A DNA stretch of 64,000 nt from Bispira polyomma (GCA_965649765.1 OZ287749.1:72602001-72666000); one strand, 5' to 3'; positions 39,058 to 53,281 are shown, counted from the stretch's first letter. Numbers and translations: made by a program. The notes: generated by a model from the sequence alone, not told the origin.

Positions 39058-42000
39058 TGTAATTTTTTTGTAAATTTTTATCCTATGAGTATTATCTGTT
39101 TATAACTTTTGTCACTGCCATTTTATGTTTTGAATATGAGCTAACAGTTTTACCAAGCTGTGATTCATTTCATGTCATTTGTATCTCTTATTAGATTCGA
39201 TGCATCCATCGATGCATTTAACCAACAGTGATACATACCTAAAATCAACTCTTTTTATGATTTCCACTATATAACTGTATTAAAGTGTGAAGTTAATGTG
39301 AACTCACAATTTTGGTCATCCATTATCTATGTTTTTCCTTTATAATAACCAACGATTAGGCACATGCTAGAACTCGGCCATATTTGGGAGTAATATAAAA
39401 ATGATTAAGTCGCAAACACCAAACCTATTGCATTGTTATATTTTTCATATTTAACTGATGCCTCAATCTTTGTTAAATAATTACCATTTTAAGCGACTGG
39501 CTACTGCGTTTTCGGCCACAAAATTCATGTTCCATTGGGATCGGCCTTTGAGGTTCTTCGGTTTGACATAACTTAGGTCATTAGGTAAGGTAACTTCGAC
39601 AAAAAAATCTTTGGTCATGTCACTTTGGCCAGGTTTTTGTGGTGAAGAAAAACCCACAACATAAACCATTAAGTTTTAGTAAGTATAAGACATACTGTGC
39701 CATGTAAAGGAATAAATGGGATTTGAATCACTGTCCTCGAAGATGGAAGAGAGGCAACCAAACTTGTGATGTTAATGCTTCTAACCCATAGGCTACTGCT
39801 ACCATCGATCGAAAGCTATTGTGTATGCCAATGAGGTTATGTTTTTACTGTGTCTGTTTGTTTGTCACCAGCATTAGACCAAAGCTACTGAACCAATTTA
39901 CCAAGGAAGAATCTTTAAAATTTTGGAAGAGACCCAAGTAGAAAGACAGATCCAGAAATTCACCATTTTTTGACTGTGGGCCCATGACAAAGGTATGGGC
40001 TCTACTGAGTGCCCTTCTAGTTTGTCTTGCATTCTCTATATACATTCTCAATATCCTCTTTGTTCAACATAAGGAGACCATCATATGTAAATATATATAT
40101 ATATATAAAATTCAATTGTGCATCATGTGTCCCTAGATATATGCTGTTTTTGTCTCCCCCTAGATATTGAATAGTCCATCCTTTAGACAGTCCAGTGTAA
40201 CCAAACTTTTCATATTTACCCACAAGTCCCCTGGGCCGGGGATGGTAATGAAAAGTGGCATCTTATATCTATTTGCATTTGTGTGAGACAAGTCCCAGAA
40301 TGATGAATGAAGCTAGGGCTAAAGGAGCCAAGTCTCTGATGTCTTTTTACTTCTGCAGTAAACAAAAAAATGAGTTTGCTTCCCATTTCCCAAAGAGTTG
40401 AGTTTAAGCATTGTTCTTTCTTCAAACCAGGGTTATATATATATTTTAGACTTTAACATTTTCTTTAACTTTATAATATATATATATATATTCAAGTTGC
40501 TTTGTAAGATGTTGTGCAGTTGCATTTTGTAAAAGGAAGAAATGCCTTAAGCACAGTAATGTTTCATACTTTAAGGTCAATTTAGAAGTGTGTGTGTTAT
40601 TTTATAGAGATAGGGCCAACCAGTTGGGAATTTTGTGTCACCAGATTTTTTTTAAAGGTCAAAAGGTGTAAAGGATTGATTTGTATATGAATATGAATTA
40701 TTTTGCAAAAGTATAGCTATACTTACTCTTAAATATGTACATTTTATATGAATATATCTTTGGCCAACAGAATAATAAAACAGTAATGGTAAGTTACATA
40801 TGAGTAAAGACCAGTAAATAGTATTATTTATTTTAGTTTTGGACATTTGCCTAGGAGTTAAGTAATAAATGTGCAGATGTTACAATCATAACTATACAAA
40901 GGAAATGTAAAAAAAGAAGTGTAAATTTAGATATTATTTGCAAGAATATCAGTTTAAGAATCTTTGCATTGTACTCGGGTCCAAACTGAAATCAGTAACG
41001 ATACCTTAAGATGTTTTGTGTTAGAAGTTCACACTTTCTGCACTATTGATTTTTTTACCCATCTCACTTGTAAAATTGTGTTACACTTTTTTATATAATA
41101 TCACATGCGATCAGGCCTTTCAACCAACATAATCCCCCAAAGTACCAGTAAATCCTTTGATGTGATGGCTGTGCTATTTAATTTAATTCCATGGCATAGA
41201 GCTTTTTATTCCTGTCCATAATAATATGGATTAGTGTAGACATAACGACTCACTGAGGGACTCTCTTCGGCCTCAAAAGAAGTCACCTTGGCATGACAAA
41301 AAAGGGGTAAAGAAAAGATCTCATAAAAAACTGCTCCATATTTTTTAAATATTTAAATGGTTTTGTTCTGTAGGTATTGAACAACAGTAATTCATGTTCT
41401 TATCGGAACAAAGTTATTACTTAACCCGGACATATTTACTCAAAAAAATCCATCATAATACTGTATGTATTTAAAATATGGTAATATGTTTTATGTATGT
41501 GGATGTACATATTATATTTCTTTTAAAAAAATACCTCGATTTTCAACACTACATTGCTACGTTTTGTTGTACACAAGGATCAACTCTCACTTTAAATTGA
41601 AATAACTCTTAGATAACCTCTTTCCTCATACTAAAAGATGTTATTTATTCTTTACTGTTCATCTCACTGGAGGTCTAATTAGGATAAAAGCCCAAATAAC
41701 ACTGAAACCTCCACCAAATACTACCAATCACTGCAAAGATGAAATATGGAAGGACATCTAAACTGTTGCCAAGCGACAACCTAGTACATCACATGAGACA
41801 CCGTACTGAACTCAAAGATTAAGCTTCTTAGAAAATAAAATTAAGAAACATCCTTGAACTAAGCCAGCTGTAATACCATAGAGACTATGACCGTAATTAA
41901 TTTGTCAGTCTATTTATTACCATCCTCTTGCAGACAGCCCATAGCCAGACCAAAAGCCTCCACACATCCCCCTGGTTAATAAAGGAGACCCACACATTTC

Positions 42001-42672
42001 ACATTAACCACGGTTATCCCTTCTGCCCCAACATTAACAGCACTTTCCTTATGAACAGAAGAAAGAAGATGAAGTGTTTAGGTTACATTTGTGATTGTTG
42101 TTGTTGCAAGAAACTGTTTTTAGTTAGGCATTGAGAATATTCAGGCTTATTGTGCAGTTTTTCTTTTATGCCATGCAACACCTTTGTTTCTCTGAATATG
42201 AAGGTAAATATTGATGCACATACAAAAATGTGTCAATAAATTGTACTGGTTATAACAACAACCTTTATGATGCACATCATGAAATAAAATTTAATTTTGC
42301 TAGTGCAAATAATTGATGGCAAACTTGTCACAGTATTAATGGCATAACCTTGTTTATTATCTGCATTGGTGGCCATTCGTCTGGCCATTGGTGTTTTACC
42401 AGTACACTGCTGAAGTATTCCCCTTAAATAACAAATCTATAAACACAAAGGGGCTTTCGTTACTGACAGCTGAAATATCTATTTCCTATTTGTTTCACTT
42501 CCGATTGCAATACCTAGTAAATTGACCAGTGGAAAATGTGAGAAAAGTCCATCACTGGCCTAAAATGATGGATAACCCACACCTCACTATTGGGAATTTA
42601 TTCTACAAGGTTCCGTCTTGTGGTTGAAGTTTCCAAAACCTCCCAGATTTGAGATCTTTTTTGCTGACTTTA

Positions 42673-43158
42673 GGCCTACGCTTCCTTTCAGCATGTTTTT
42701 CTCGACCGACGTCAGCAGACATCGGCCGAATTTTTCGCTCTTTACACAATACTACTAAGTGCTTCCTTTCATCATATTTGCAACAGATCAGATCAGACGT
42801 CAGCCGACGTCTGTTGAGCTTACATGTTTTATGTATCAGGAAGAGGAAAAATCGGTAGGAATGTCCGATTTTTAATTAATATTAAGAAGTACACTATCAT
42901 AGGTATAGGTTTCATTCGTTATATACTCAATATTTGTCGGATGTTGACATTGAAAATAGCATGAGAAAGCTTATTTTATTGTGATTACTGTGGTGTTTTT
43001 TCATCAAAATCCATTGAGAAACTTTTTCTTAAAGTCAACATCCGACAAATTTTGAGTATATATCAGATGAAATGAAGCTCAACTTTGGCTGACGTCGAAT
43101 AAGATCGGACACATTCAAATCGGCTGACGCCGGAATGTGCTGAAAGGAAGAGTAGGCT
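42673..43158. mobile_element. Non-autonomous Harbinger MITE related to the 21403-24770 element
   Basis: TIRs gcctacgcttcctttcagca / tgctgaaaggaagagtaggc with TTA/TAA-like flanks; 42716-42875 matches the reverse complement of 24612-24768 and 43085-43158 matches the reverse complement of 21403-21475. Confidence 0.9.
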
Positions 43159-43686
43159 AAATCCATTTGCCTTTTAAAACTAATTCCCTGCTTTACCATA
43201 TTAACTTAGAACTACTGTAATGCTACAGAGCTCTACATACTTTCCTGTGGCGATTTTTATAAAAGCAATAAATTTGATAACAAAGAATAGCTACGTTTAA
43301 AGAAATGTTGTTGCAACATAAACTTCATGGAGTTACAACCTCATATTTGCAGAACATATTATTTAGGATTTATAAAACATTTTAATTAAAAATATGAAAC
43401 GGTTTTAAATAAATACTATATTTATATATATAAAAAGGTTTGCCAAATTTTTAACTACTGAAATATGTCTAAAGTAGAACTATGAGCTTCAACAATTTTG
43501 AACTTCTGACTTATTTAGATTGATTCAAATAAGGCAACAAATTCAACATAAAATTATATAGACATTTCCCTGACATGTTATGCCATATTCTGTTTTGAAT
43601 CTTTTGACCAATCAGCTATGCTGTATGTTAGTTTTAAATTTCTCTTGTGCCTTTTCGTTAGGTAATATTAGGCAATGGTTACTCAC

Positions 43687-43824
43687 AGGCAGTACACATG
43701 GCCTCATCCTCGTCAGAGCCATCTTCACAGTCATCGTTAGTGTCACAGATGTAGCGGAAGGGCAGACACTGTGAGGTGGACTTACACGGAAAGGGATGGT
43801 CCGGAAAGTCCACGCAAGGGTTTC
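43687..43824 (-). CDS. LDL-receptor class A domain exon (phase 1-1) of prohormone-4-like precursor: NPCVDFPDHPFPCKSTSQCLPFRYICDTNDDCEDGSDEDEAMCTA
   Basis: Acceptor tgtttacAG, donor T|GTGAGT; 138 nt; six Cys and the DCxDGSDE Ca-binding motif. Confidence 0.95.
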
Positions 43825-44580
43825 CTGTAAACACAGGTATGTCACATATATAGTAAACCAAATATATTATTGTGGCCTAGTTAGTAATACACTTGCTTTG
43901 GGGCATACAGTTTGATATTCTGAAAAATAACCCCACAAATAAACTCTGGTGCAAATTTCTTAACATGACCAAACACCCTGAAGGAACCTGGAATGTAAAA
44001 TGTGTGTTCCGTTTGATAATCTAAAACTGTGGGCAAATGTGTTTATTGCTCAGGAATTCAGATGGCCAGGGTTCTATCCCAGGGTTCTATCTGGGTTAAA
44101 GAATCTTCTAAAGATGTTGATAAATGGTCATCCTCAAGCCTGTCTTTCATTTTGAGGGCATGACCGTTACTGGTGTTGGATGGATGCACCTGGATAGTCA
44201 AGAAAAGGGAGATACAGTTATATAAATATGAATAAGAAAATACACATAGATTTCAGTTACTGACTAGTTTGAGTTTGTCTTTTACATCTCTTTTTTAACA
44301 TCAACGTGCCTGCTGCAATAAGTAGATTTTTTCCACAATGGGAAATCTACAAGGTAAATCAATGACCTATGGCAAGTACTAGACATGCTTTCCGATACAA
44401 GGGAATTGGCAGGACTTGGACCACTATCCTAAGAGGTGAGAGGAAAGTGATAGTAAAGCTTAGGCTTCTAACCACTGGGTCACCTCCCCCCCCCCCTTCC
44501 ACCAGTGATTAGGCAGTGGTAGATAGGTAATGAGTTAAACACACTCCTATAATACAGTGACTGTACAGGTTTGAGGTGCC

Positions 44581-44812
44581 GGGGTCCCTCAATGGTGTAG
44601 TGATAACACACTCGCCTCCCACCTTTGCAGTTATTGGTTCCAATATCATCCCTAGCGTTTATGTGGGAAAAAGTTTGCAGCAGACTTACTGAAGGTTGGT
44701 GGTTTGCCGAACAGTAAACCTTGATATATTACTCCCTGTTCTGATTTCCTCCACCTGTGGACTGCCCTGTGCAGTACTAAAAGTGACGTCAAACCCAAAG
44801 TAAATAAATAAA
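44581..44812 (+). mobile_element. Diverged full-length SINE (family 1-related)
   Basis: ggggtccctcaatggtgtagtgataac head, ggttccaat B box, gacttactgaaggttggtgg body, (TAAA)n tail. Confidence 0.75.
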
Positions 44813-45559
44813 TGTATAGGATAAACTAATGAGCTCGCAGAGTTGAAAGTATACCTATAGATTTTTACTGGTTAAAAAGTGATAAAGTGATATGGAAGGT
44901 TGTCAATTGCTGAAGGAAGTAAGATAATTAAAAGTGCATTTATATGACAATAATAGCCCTCCCCCCAGTACATGGATTATTTCCTGACACAGACTTGTAC
45001 CCAGACATCACCCAGTAGGTGACATATGACATCTTGTAATCCTCTCACTAACAGCTAACTCTTCACTGGTCGATGACCAAAGATGCTGTTAGTCTTTCCT
45101 CAACTCAAAAAATGTATTATTGTAGGAATAGTCTTCTTCTTTTTTGAGAGAGGTTTTGTTTTTTTATTTTCTAAATCTACAAAAAACTATTAATAATTTA
45201 AACTTATTGGTTTCTATTGCTTTGGAGGTTTGTGACGTTTTCAAATTGGCTGTTCCATTTACTATTTATTCAGTAATGTATAATCAGAGGGAATAATCGA
45301 GGGCTTAGTTTGTAGATATACTATGCAAATCAACCAATCAGAATTCTGGATGCAATATAGCCATTTTAGAAAAAGTGATATATTAACATTGTTGCTATGC
45401 ACAAAAAAGATGAAACGCTATGAAATGTGGTCAACACATAATACTTAAACAACATGGTCTTAAGAAAGTCCTACTTAACTAATGTCATCTCTACAGGGTT
45501 CACAATTCTATGTTGACCTTTTGCCTGTCATGTTATAAAATAAAATTAAATGAAATAGG

Positions 45560-45744
45560 ACACTTGGTATAACAGACTAATACAACACAAAGCCATTTCA
45601 AATGCGCTTCCTCCGGAGCATCCACTATGGGCGCTGAGGTGCTTGATGATGACCATTTATCAACGTCCCTAAGAATCTTTTATCAACTACTGGAGATATT
45701 AATCAGTGATAGAGGACCGCCATTTTAAGTGGTCATCCGAGCCA
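45560..45744 (-). mobile_element. SINE family 2 fragment (3' part)
   Basis: caaatgcgcttcct...ccatttatcaacgtc...gaggaccgccattttaagtggtcatccgagcca shared with 59115-59440. Confidence 0.8.
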
Positions 45745-46464
45745 TTACATGTTTTTATGTAAAAATTCTTTTTTACTCTCATTCTTTCTGCTAGACCCTT
45801 TGAAAGACTAATTTTCTCTCGCTTCCCTAACAAAGACCCACATCGAAATTATAGCTGTGGAAAAATATAGGCATTTCTAATAAACAGTGGGTCAACTCCC
45901 TGTAATAAAGTGTATCTTTAGGCCAGATGAGGTCATAGATTTGCACCCTTCCTGGCGAACACAACCCTGCATCCATCTCAAATTATTGAGCAACTTAGTG
46001 CTATTAAGGGAGTTCCCACAGCTTTTTTCTGAATGCAGAGGGAAAAGGTGGACTCACATTCACCAAGTCTCCATTATATCATTTGGTGTTTTGTTTGGTT
46101 GCTAAGAACCATTAACACAGTTAATTGCTTAGGGCTTTTAAATATATTTATATATATTTATATATCTATACTTATACATGTACCTACTAAAACCCTGGAT
46201 ATATCAAACATTACAAATTGTATGAAGCAGATGTATTTTGGTTTGTTGCAAATGTGAACAAAATGTGACTATTTTCACAATTTACTCAGTTCACTAAACA
46301 CATTAGCAGTCCAGCCAGTTTGTCAATATTTCCTCTTATGCCATATTTTAAACAAGCATTGCATTGTGTTAAATTTTGTACTTTTTGCAAGTCCCTGTAC
46401 ATTTCAGGGCACAAGAAAAAAAAAGAAAATGTATTGGCATAGCATGGCTATTTGTGTGGATCTA

Positions 46465-46719
46465 TTTAAATTTGAATTTGGATATTTAACGTCCACTCTA
46501 GTAGCTGTTTAGGTTATATTGGGACGAGTAGTTGGAAACACTGGAGGAAACATTGCATACAGTTGATCAAGGTTCTGCACTGAAACAAGCGACCCGAAGT
46601 AAGAAACTACCACCTTCCCACATAGGCATCAGCGGGAGTCGAACTCACGCCGCCCAGAGGTGAGAGACCAGTGATTGTGAAGCGCCATGCTTGCTAACCA
46701 CTAGGCCACCGCAGCCCCC
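46465..46719 (-). mobile_element. Young tRNA-derived SINE, family 1
   Basis: TSD tgtgtggatcta (46453-46464, 46722-46733); highly similar to 37955-38210. Confidence 0.95.
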
Positions 46720-48159
46720 TATGTGTGGATCTAAGACTGAAATGTTCAGATGTAACCATTTTTGACAAATTGTTTGCAAACCACCTGGTTTATTTGTAAC
46801 TTTTGATAGTATACACTGTGAAATTTGCATTACAATTTTTTTAGTATTGCATACATATATATATATATGTGTGTGTAATTCTTTTGTAATTCTACTTAGA
46901 AAACATAAAGAAAACCTTTCATAACTGCCAACGTTAGAATTGTTTGTCCCCTCATCAATTATTGAAGCTTTATCACTGTTAAGTAAAAACCATGCCTTGG
47001 CACATATGTGTAGAATACTTCACAATGAGGCAAAATGTGGCATCAATGGTGGGAACTTTTCCAGGGAGATGAGGGGAAGGGGACTTTTGCTTTTTCTGTA
47101 AGCACTACCCACGCCTCTTTCTCTCCCTCTCTGTCCCCCATTTCTCTCTCTCTCTCTCTACTTGGAGAATGCTAAAGTTCCTTCACACTCAAGGGAACCC
47201 ACACAATTTCCAACAATCATTTAATATCCACCCTCTTGTCGCCCCCTTATTTTTGTATCTTAATCAGTCCACTGTCATTACCTTGTGTGGGTATGTGTGT
47301 TTGTGTGTGTGTCGAAGGGGCATAGTAGGCGATGTGGGGTGAATTCGGAGGGGCGGATAAGGGCAGGGTCTGATTGCTTCATGTTTACCATTGGCTGGGT
47401 GGTTTTGTGCTCTTATGAAAAAAAGTTTCTTTAAATGTTAGTTCTGAATCTTAAGATGTCACTGAGATGATTTCAAAATATGTGCACACAGACACATTTG
47501 TAGTGTATTTACTACTTTGAAACTAAAATGTTTTAAAAATGTATATCCTTTAACTGTGATAGATGTCTACTAAAGTTAAGATCACTACAAACCATATGGG
47601 ATTTTACAAACCTCTGACCCGTTTTCTCTGTATTTCGGCAATAGGGATTCTGCAAATATTTACGCAATGAATTACAGGGAAATTAAAATGAAAAGAGTAA
47701 AAATTATTCCCATGGTAAATAAAGGCATAACTGGTTAGATTGCATGACAAAAGACAACAGTAAACTCAATTTTTGTTGTCGGAAATGTCTAAACATTGCA
47801 TATTATACATTTGAGTCAAAGGCATATTTCACTCTTTTTTTATGGTAAAAAGTAAAGTAATTGCAAAGGAAATGCAATTGCAATTTACTAGCTCCAACCC
47901 CATAAATTCCATAACACAATATTATTTTTCTCTGAGCCTCGCATTTTGCCTGAGTTGTAGGTTTTTTGGAGCAATGAATATTTTATAAGCACAAGTACAA
48001 ATTTCCTGATACATTACCTGTTACAATGATATATTTCACGTATATGTTTTCACTTTAAACCTGGATCTTGTACAACAAAAAAAATAAAATAAACTAAATT
48101 GACTAATTTTTTTCAAAGAACTTTATTATTTTTTTTTAAAAAAAATAAGTGCCAATGTG

Positions 48160-48285
48160 TCCTAGTGGGTGGGCAGATACATAGTGACTCGGATGACCAC
48201 TTCAAATGGCAATCCTCTATCATTGGGTCATTCCCCCAGTGGAAGGCTAAATAATCTTGGATACATAAATAAATAGTCATCCTTA
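48160..48285 (+). mobile_element. SINE family 2 diverged fragment
   Basis: tagtgactcggatgaccacttcaaatggcaatcctct matches the family 2 core. Confidence 0.6.
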
Positions 48286-51200
48286 ACCCTGTCTATGAAA
48301 CTTTTATTCATCAGGTTGTAAACAACTTTGTCTTATTATATCAGTTTACTATTGGAGGAAACCTGTATGGGTTTGTTGGTCAAGATCTGTGCATCGTAAA
48401 CCACCGACTTTCAGCAAGTCCATGCATGTGTAAGCAGACATTAAAATGTATGACTAACACATGTGGGAGGGTTATCCCTGAACAACCGAGATCCCCGGTG
48501 GTCATTTGAGGTAGAGCATCAGTGTGGCTTAGTAAAATACTGCCTTTTGAACACAGATGGCTAGGATTTAAGCCCAGATTGTTGAAATAATGAGTCATTT
48601 GGTTGACCACCTACAAAATGGTGGTCATTTGGTTTTCCTTGAAGTTCTGTCCTCATTGACAGGCTACATGTGGTGTTGAAGGATATATTTTGATCTATGG
48701 TCATTGCCAAGTATCTGTCCGAAAAAGATGTCAGTATCTCATATGCTGGTGTGATATGCATATAATTTAAATGAGTAAAAATAAGAGAAAGTAGAATGTA
48801 TTGAGTCTCAAGCTTTAATTTAATGTTATAAGGCAGACTGTCACAAACTAGGGAAACACATTTAGAAATGATCGTGGAAATATTAGAGCAAAAAGTGTAC
48901 ATTTTTTCAAAGGTTGCATACTATGCAAACCCAAATCTCAGAACTCAATCATTAGTTCTAGGAAACTGTCATGGTATGGCACTGTTTGTGTACATGCTTT
49001 TAGAGGGATTTTTTTCTCAGAATATATGGAAATAGAACCTATTTAGTAAAGCACTGTTATTACATTAACAAAAGGAAAAAGAAAACCCACAACTACAATG
49101 CTTCAGATTCTGTATTATTATATTTTTCTATGAAACTGGTAACAAATACTTCTATTGGTGACAGAAAAGCCCTTTAAATGAGGGAAATTGTCTGGATCAG
49201 ATCACGATTCAGCTTAGGGAAATGGTACCTCTCAAATAGAAATGAAATACAAAGTTAAATATTTTTACTGTAATACATTACACTTTCAAATTGTGGGTTT
49301 TGGATTCTTCTCTGAACTCAACCCTTTTGTGTTTACTAGATTTAGTTTGGGGTTTCACTTCCGCCTTCAACATGTATTGTGCTATATATCATGACTGGCA
49401 GTTCACGAGTGGTGAAACCCAGAGCAGCATAGTTGGTAAAAGGTTTTTAGAAGTTACAAACCAACAGTCTACAGCTAACTTTCCTACATGCACAAGGGGA
49501 CCGATATTCAAACCAATGACTGCAGATGACTGGGGGGTGAGTGTGTTACCACTACTATACTAGTATTTCTGAAGTGATGTCCATCCCTGGTCAGCATCCT
49601 AAACTCGTATATGAGATAATCATACCATCTGCAAAGGATGCACTTTAAGAACTGACTCCTGACTTGCTTTACATTAGAGTGAGGGGTTACATGAGCTCCA
49701 CCAAATGGATAGAAAAGAACATTAAACTTCTAACACCTCGGCCTAGTTGTTTTTCTTTGGGTTTCTAGTGAGGTATTCTACTAGGAACCTGTAATTAGAG
49801 ATCACATCTTGGTTAATAGACATTATGGGACTCGCCTATTGTATCTTCTGAAAAATCTTAATATATTTAAAACATAACCCATACAGCTACTTTTAGCCAA
49901 CTTAGAAGTTTTGATGTGCAAAACTTCTAACACATGTGAATATTTCATTTGGTAATCTGTTCTTGTGCTTTTAGATTACTGTTAATAGTCATTTTTTTAA
50001 ATTCCCATTTAGGCTTTTATTATTTTCCATTAAGAATTCACAGAGGATTTAACTTATGCTTAAGGCAAAACATTAATGTCAATGTCTTTTTTTTCTCCTC
50101 CAGAAAACTGCTTCATCGGGGTGTGAATAGCATTTTCTGCATATCATTCTTTAGTACAGCATGCAAATTAAGTATTGCCCAAGAAAAACGTCTTTGTGTA
50201 AAATTCAACTACAATTCAAAGGGAGAGCTAGAATGAAATTAAAGGCACCCCGGCCCAACGCCAGTGCATTACAATAAAAGAAATCCCCCCCTCCCCCTGT
50301 ATTCCTGTGAAACAAGAAGATCCCGAGCTTTTTTGTCCTATTCTAGAAAATATAAAGGAATCCTTGAATCGGACCGGAGATAAAAAGATTAAAATCCTCA
50401 AAAATCAGGCTAGTATTGTGGCTTAATGTGATTGTGTGTATGTTGTGTATCATTATTGCGTATGCAACGTCCTGTGAAGTGTGACCAAGAACTTAAACAC
50501 AAAATATAGTAGACAAAAAAAATTACTTCACAGAAATTGAATCACAGTTGCAGAGGCATTTGGATACTTTGGATAGAGAGTTTCAAGTTTTAAGGCCTTA
50601 AGTCACAAGTTATAGCCTGAGGGTATTCATTTCTTCTAGCAAGGGGGAAAAAGCCTTCTATTATTACTTTAGAGCTACAGGATAATGCAAATGAAGTGCC
50701 TCAACTTCTATTGTAATATTTAAGGCCTTTTTTGTTGTGTTTTGTTGGTCCCCATGACTTTCTATTGTGATGCTGTTACAAGCTGAAGTTTTCTGATCAA
50801 GTTATATAGCCTGTGTTGGGGACTGTGTTGATATATATGACATAATGGTGCAAATTCAATTTAGGCAGTTATTTTATTGTCGTAAATTATTGTAGATATA
50901 ACCTACGTGAATTTGAAAACTTCCAATTACCATTGTGTGTCAGACATTGCAATAGGTGGATATAAATATTAGGGAATGTGTCGATACCGTTTGTTGTTTA
51001 AGTGCCTTTACCAGTGTGTAATCATTATGGTGTAGAAAGTTTACAACAGAGAATGTTACTTTGAGTTTTTTATTTGTAGATTACCATAAAAAAAACATGG
51101 CAGAAGCCATAACTATATAAATTATTTAGACAGCAACTCTTTTTAGAATTTGGCTATTTTTCGTCTTGGTTATCTAGACACTTGTTGTACCTTATATTTA

Positions 51201-51626
51201 CATCTCCCTTTTTTCCACTGTTTGTCCCCTGTTGTATTAATAAAATGCTTTTAGCAGTATGTTTACTCTATTACTCAAGTTTCCACTTTTGGCACCCTCC
51301 TCTCAGTTAAAGGGCTATCAATATTCATCTAACTCCATAGCTATTAGGCGAGGGGGTGGGGGAATAAAATGTGCAAGTAACACTATAGCAACAACTAAAC
51401 TTTGGGCCTGGAATTAATTTTATCAGCAGCAAAAAATTCTTTAATAAGAGACAATCCTACCTTCAATTACATACATATGTCAAAATAAATGATGAAAAAA
51501 GGTCAAAAAAATTGTGATTTGGGTTTTGTATGAGACTAAGTTAACTTTTGTACCAAAAATAATATTTTGCAATGCGACTGGGTATCTGCAAACTCAATTG
51601 GCATTTTACATACTTCCAAGCATAAT

Positions 51627-51870
51627 ACAAAGTTTATGGCGGCCACGGTGACCTGGTGGTTATAAGCATTTGCTTTAATATCACTAGCCTCTGACCTCTG
51701 TGGACGGTGGGATAGAATACCTCTACCTCTGCTTCCCTGTAGTGGGAAATTGTTGGCCGGTGATTGCCAGTAAAACATTATTGCTGGTGTCTTTATATGA
51801 TCAATCCAGCTGTCACAATATGACCAAATGTGTCCAAAAATGACAACAACAAAAAACAAATTCAAACACA
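51627..51870 (+). mobile_element. Diverged tRNA-derived SINE
   Basis: ggcggccacggtgacctggtggttataagcatt...tcactagcctctgacctctg head similar to family 1; A/CA-rich tail. Confidence 0.65.
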
Positions 51871-53084
51871 AAGTTAAAATATGATGACATAGATATGCAA
51901 ATAATTATATAATTGTATTTGATAACAAGATTAGCCCATTAAACTACTTAGTAAAGTCTCCATGTGTGGATATCTGTAATTCAAGCCTACTTCCACTGTG
52001 AATGATGTTCAGATAGTTTAAAGCCAGTAATTCAACAGAGACCTTTTGAGACAGTGGTCACTGATGAACTCTGGGTAACCTCTTGATACTCCTGTATTTA
52101 GAATTGATGCCCCTCACTTACTGAGGCAGATCTAAATGACCATTAAGTGACACCACTACACCCATGTCTAGTAAATTATTATGATGTACAGATAGGCCCG
52201 TGACCTTGAATGGATGGATAAATACTGCAGGAAACCTCTGCATTATTTAAACTTTTTAAGTATCACAAAATGTCATTGATATTTGGACTTGTATCAGGAG
52301 TTTTGATTGGCTGAAACTACAAATCAAATAGTCATACAAAACAAAATAACTGCATATTTTAACATACTACATTGTTGTATACATGTTACCAAAAAAAGAA
52401 ACATAAAACCCTATAATATATTTCTAGTATTATCTTGGTTTAAGTTTTATTTTATATTATATTCCCACAAAGTTGTATTAAACTATTGAATGTTGGTGAT
52501 GTATTCCCACCTAAAGGTGTCTTATAAGAGTACATGATGAGTTTGTATTGGTTGCTGTATGTTTAAACCACAACAGGTTAAGCATCGACTTGTTCAAAAC
52601 AAGTCATGTGAAAATGCAATCAATCCAGTGGCCTGTGCCACAAAGCCGATCTCCATTTTGTTTCTACTTAAATTAGACCTGAATAAAATAGATACAATGG
52701 AACCTAAAGGGTTCATAGAGTGTAAACTTGATAAATGATAATGACTGTTCATTCACTGTGACCTTTGGAACAATAGAAATAGTGGCCCTAATAACACAAT
52801 TCAATCTTATTTATTTTCATACCTTAAATAGATTGTAGGCTTAGTTAAAAATAGCATTAATTGTTTCAGTCCTGAAATGCAAACGGCAAGCATTATGACT
52901 ATATTAAGTTTATAACATGTATATAACATGATATATAACTACATATATATATATAAAATGTATCTGTAACGTTGAGATTGTAAGATGTTTTACACATTCA
53001 TTTAAGGAAAGTCATGGATTTGCTCTCTTACTTTATTTAATTGAGTTTCAGTTTGATTCTAAACCCAACATTTCTTTTTGTATT

Positions 53085-53281
53085 TAAATTTAGTTAGGTT
53101 TTATGTCGCTTTCAACAGATTGTATCATATAACAATGGCCAGATTCAATGGTGGAAGAAACCAGTGATGGTACAATGTAAACCACCGGCCTACCTGACTA
53201 GCTTTCCCGCGTGAAAAAACAAATATGATTTGAATCCAGTTGTCAAGCAAGTGATAGAACTATTAGGCCACAGCAGCCCCA
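53085..53281 (-). mobile_element. Diverged, internally deleted SINE (family 1-related)
   Basis: Reverse-complement tail ggttttatgtcgctttcaacag...tggtggaagaaacc and head taggccacagcagcccc. Confidence 0.65.

Noticed and set aside
43679-43861. LDL-receptor/LRP family gene suggested by the LDLa exon
   Set aside because: Only one LDLa module is seen, spliced in frame to prohormone-4-type exons and a stop; no EGF, YWTD or TM exons.
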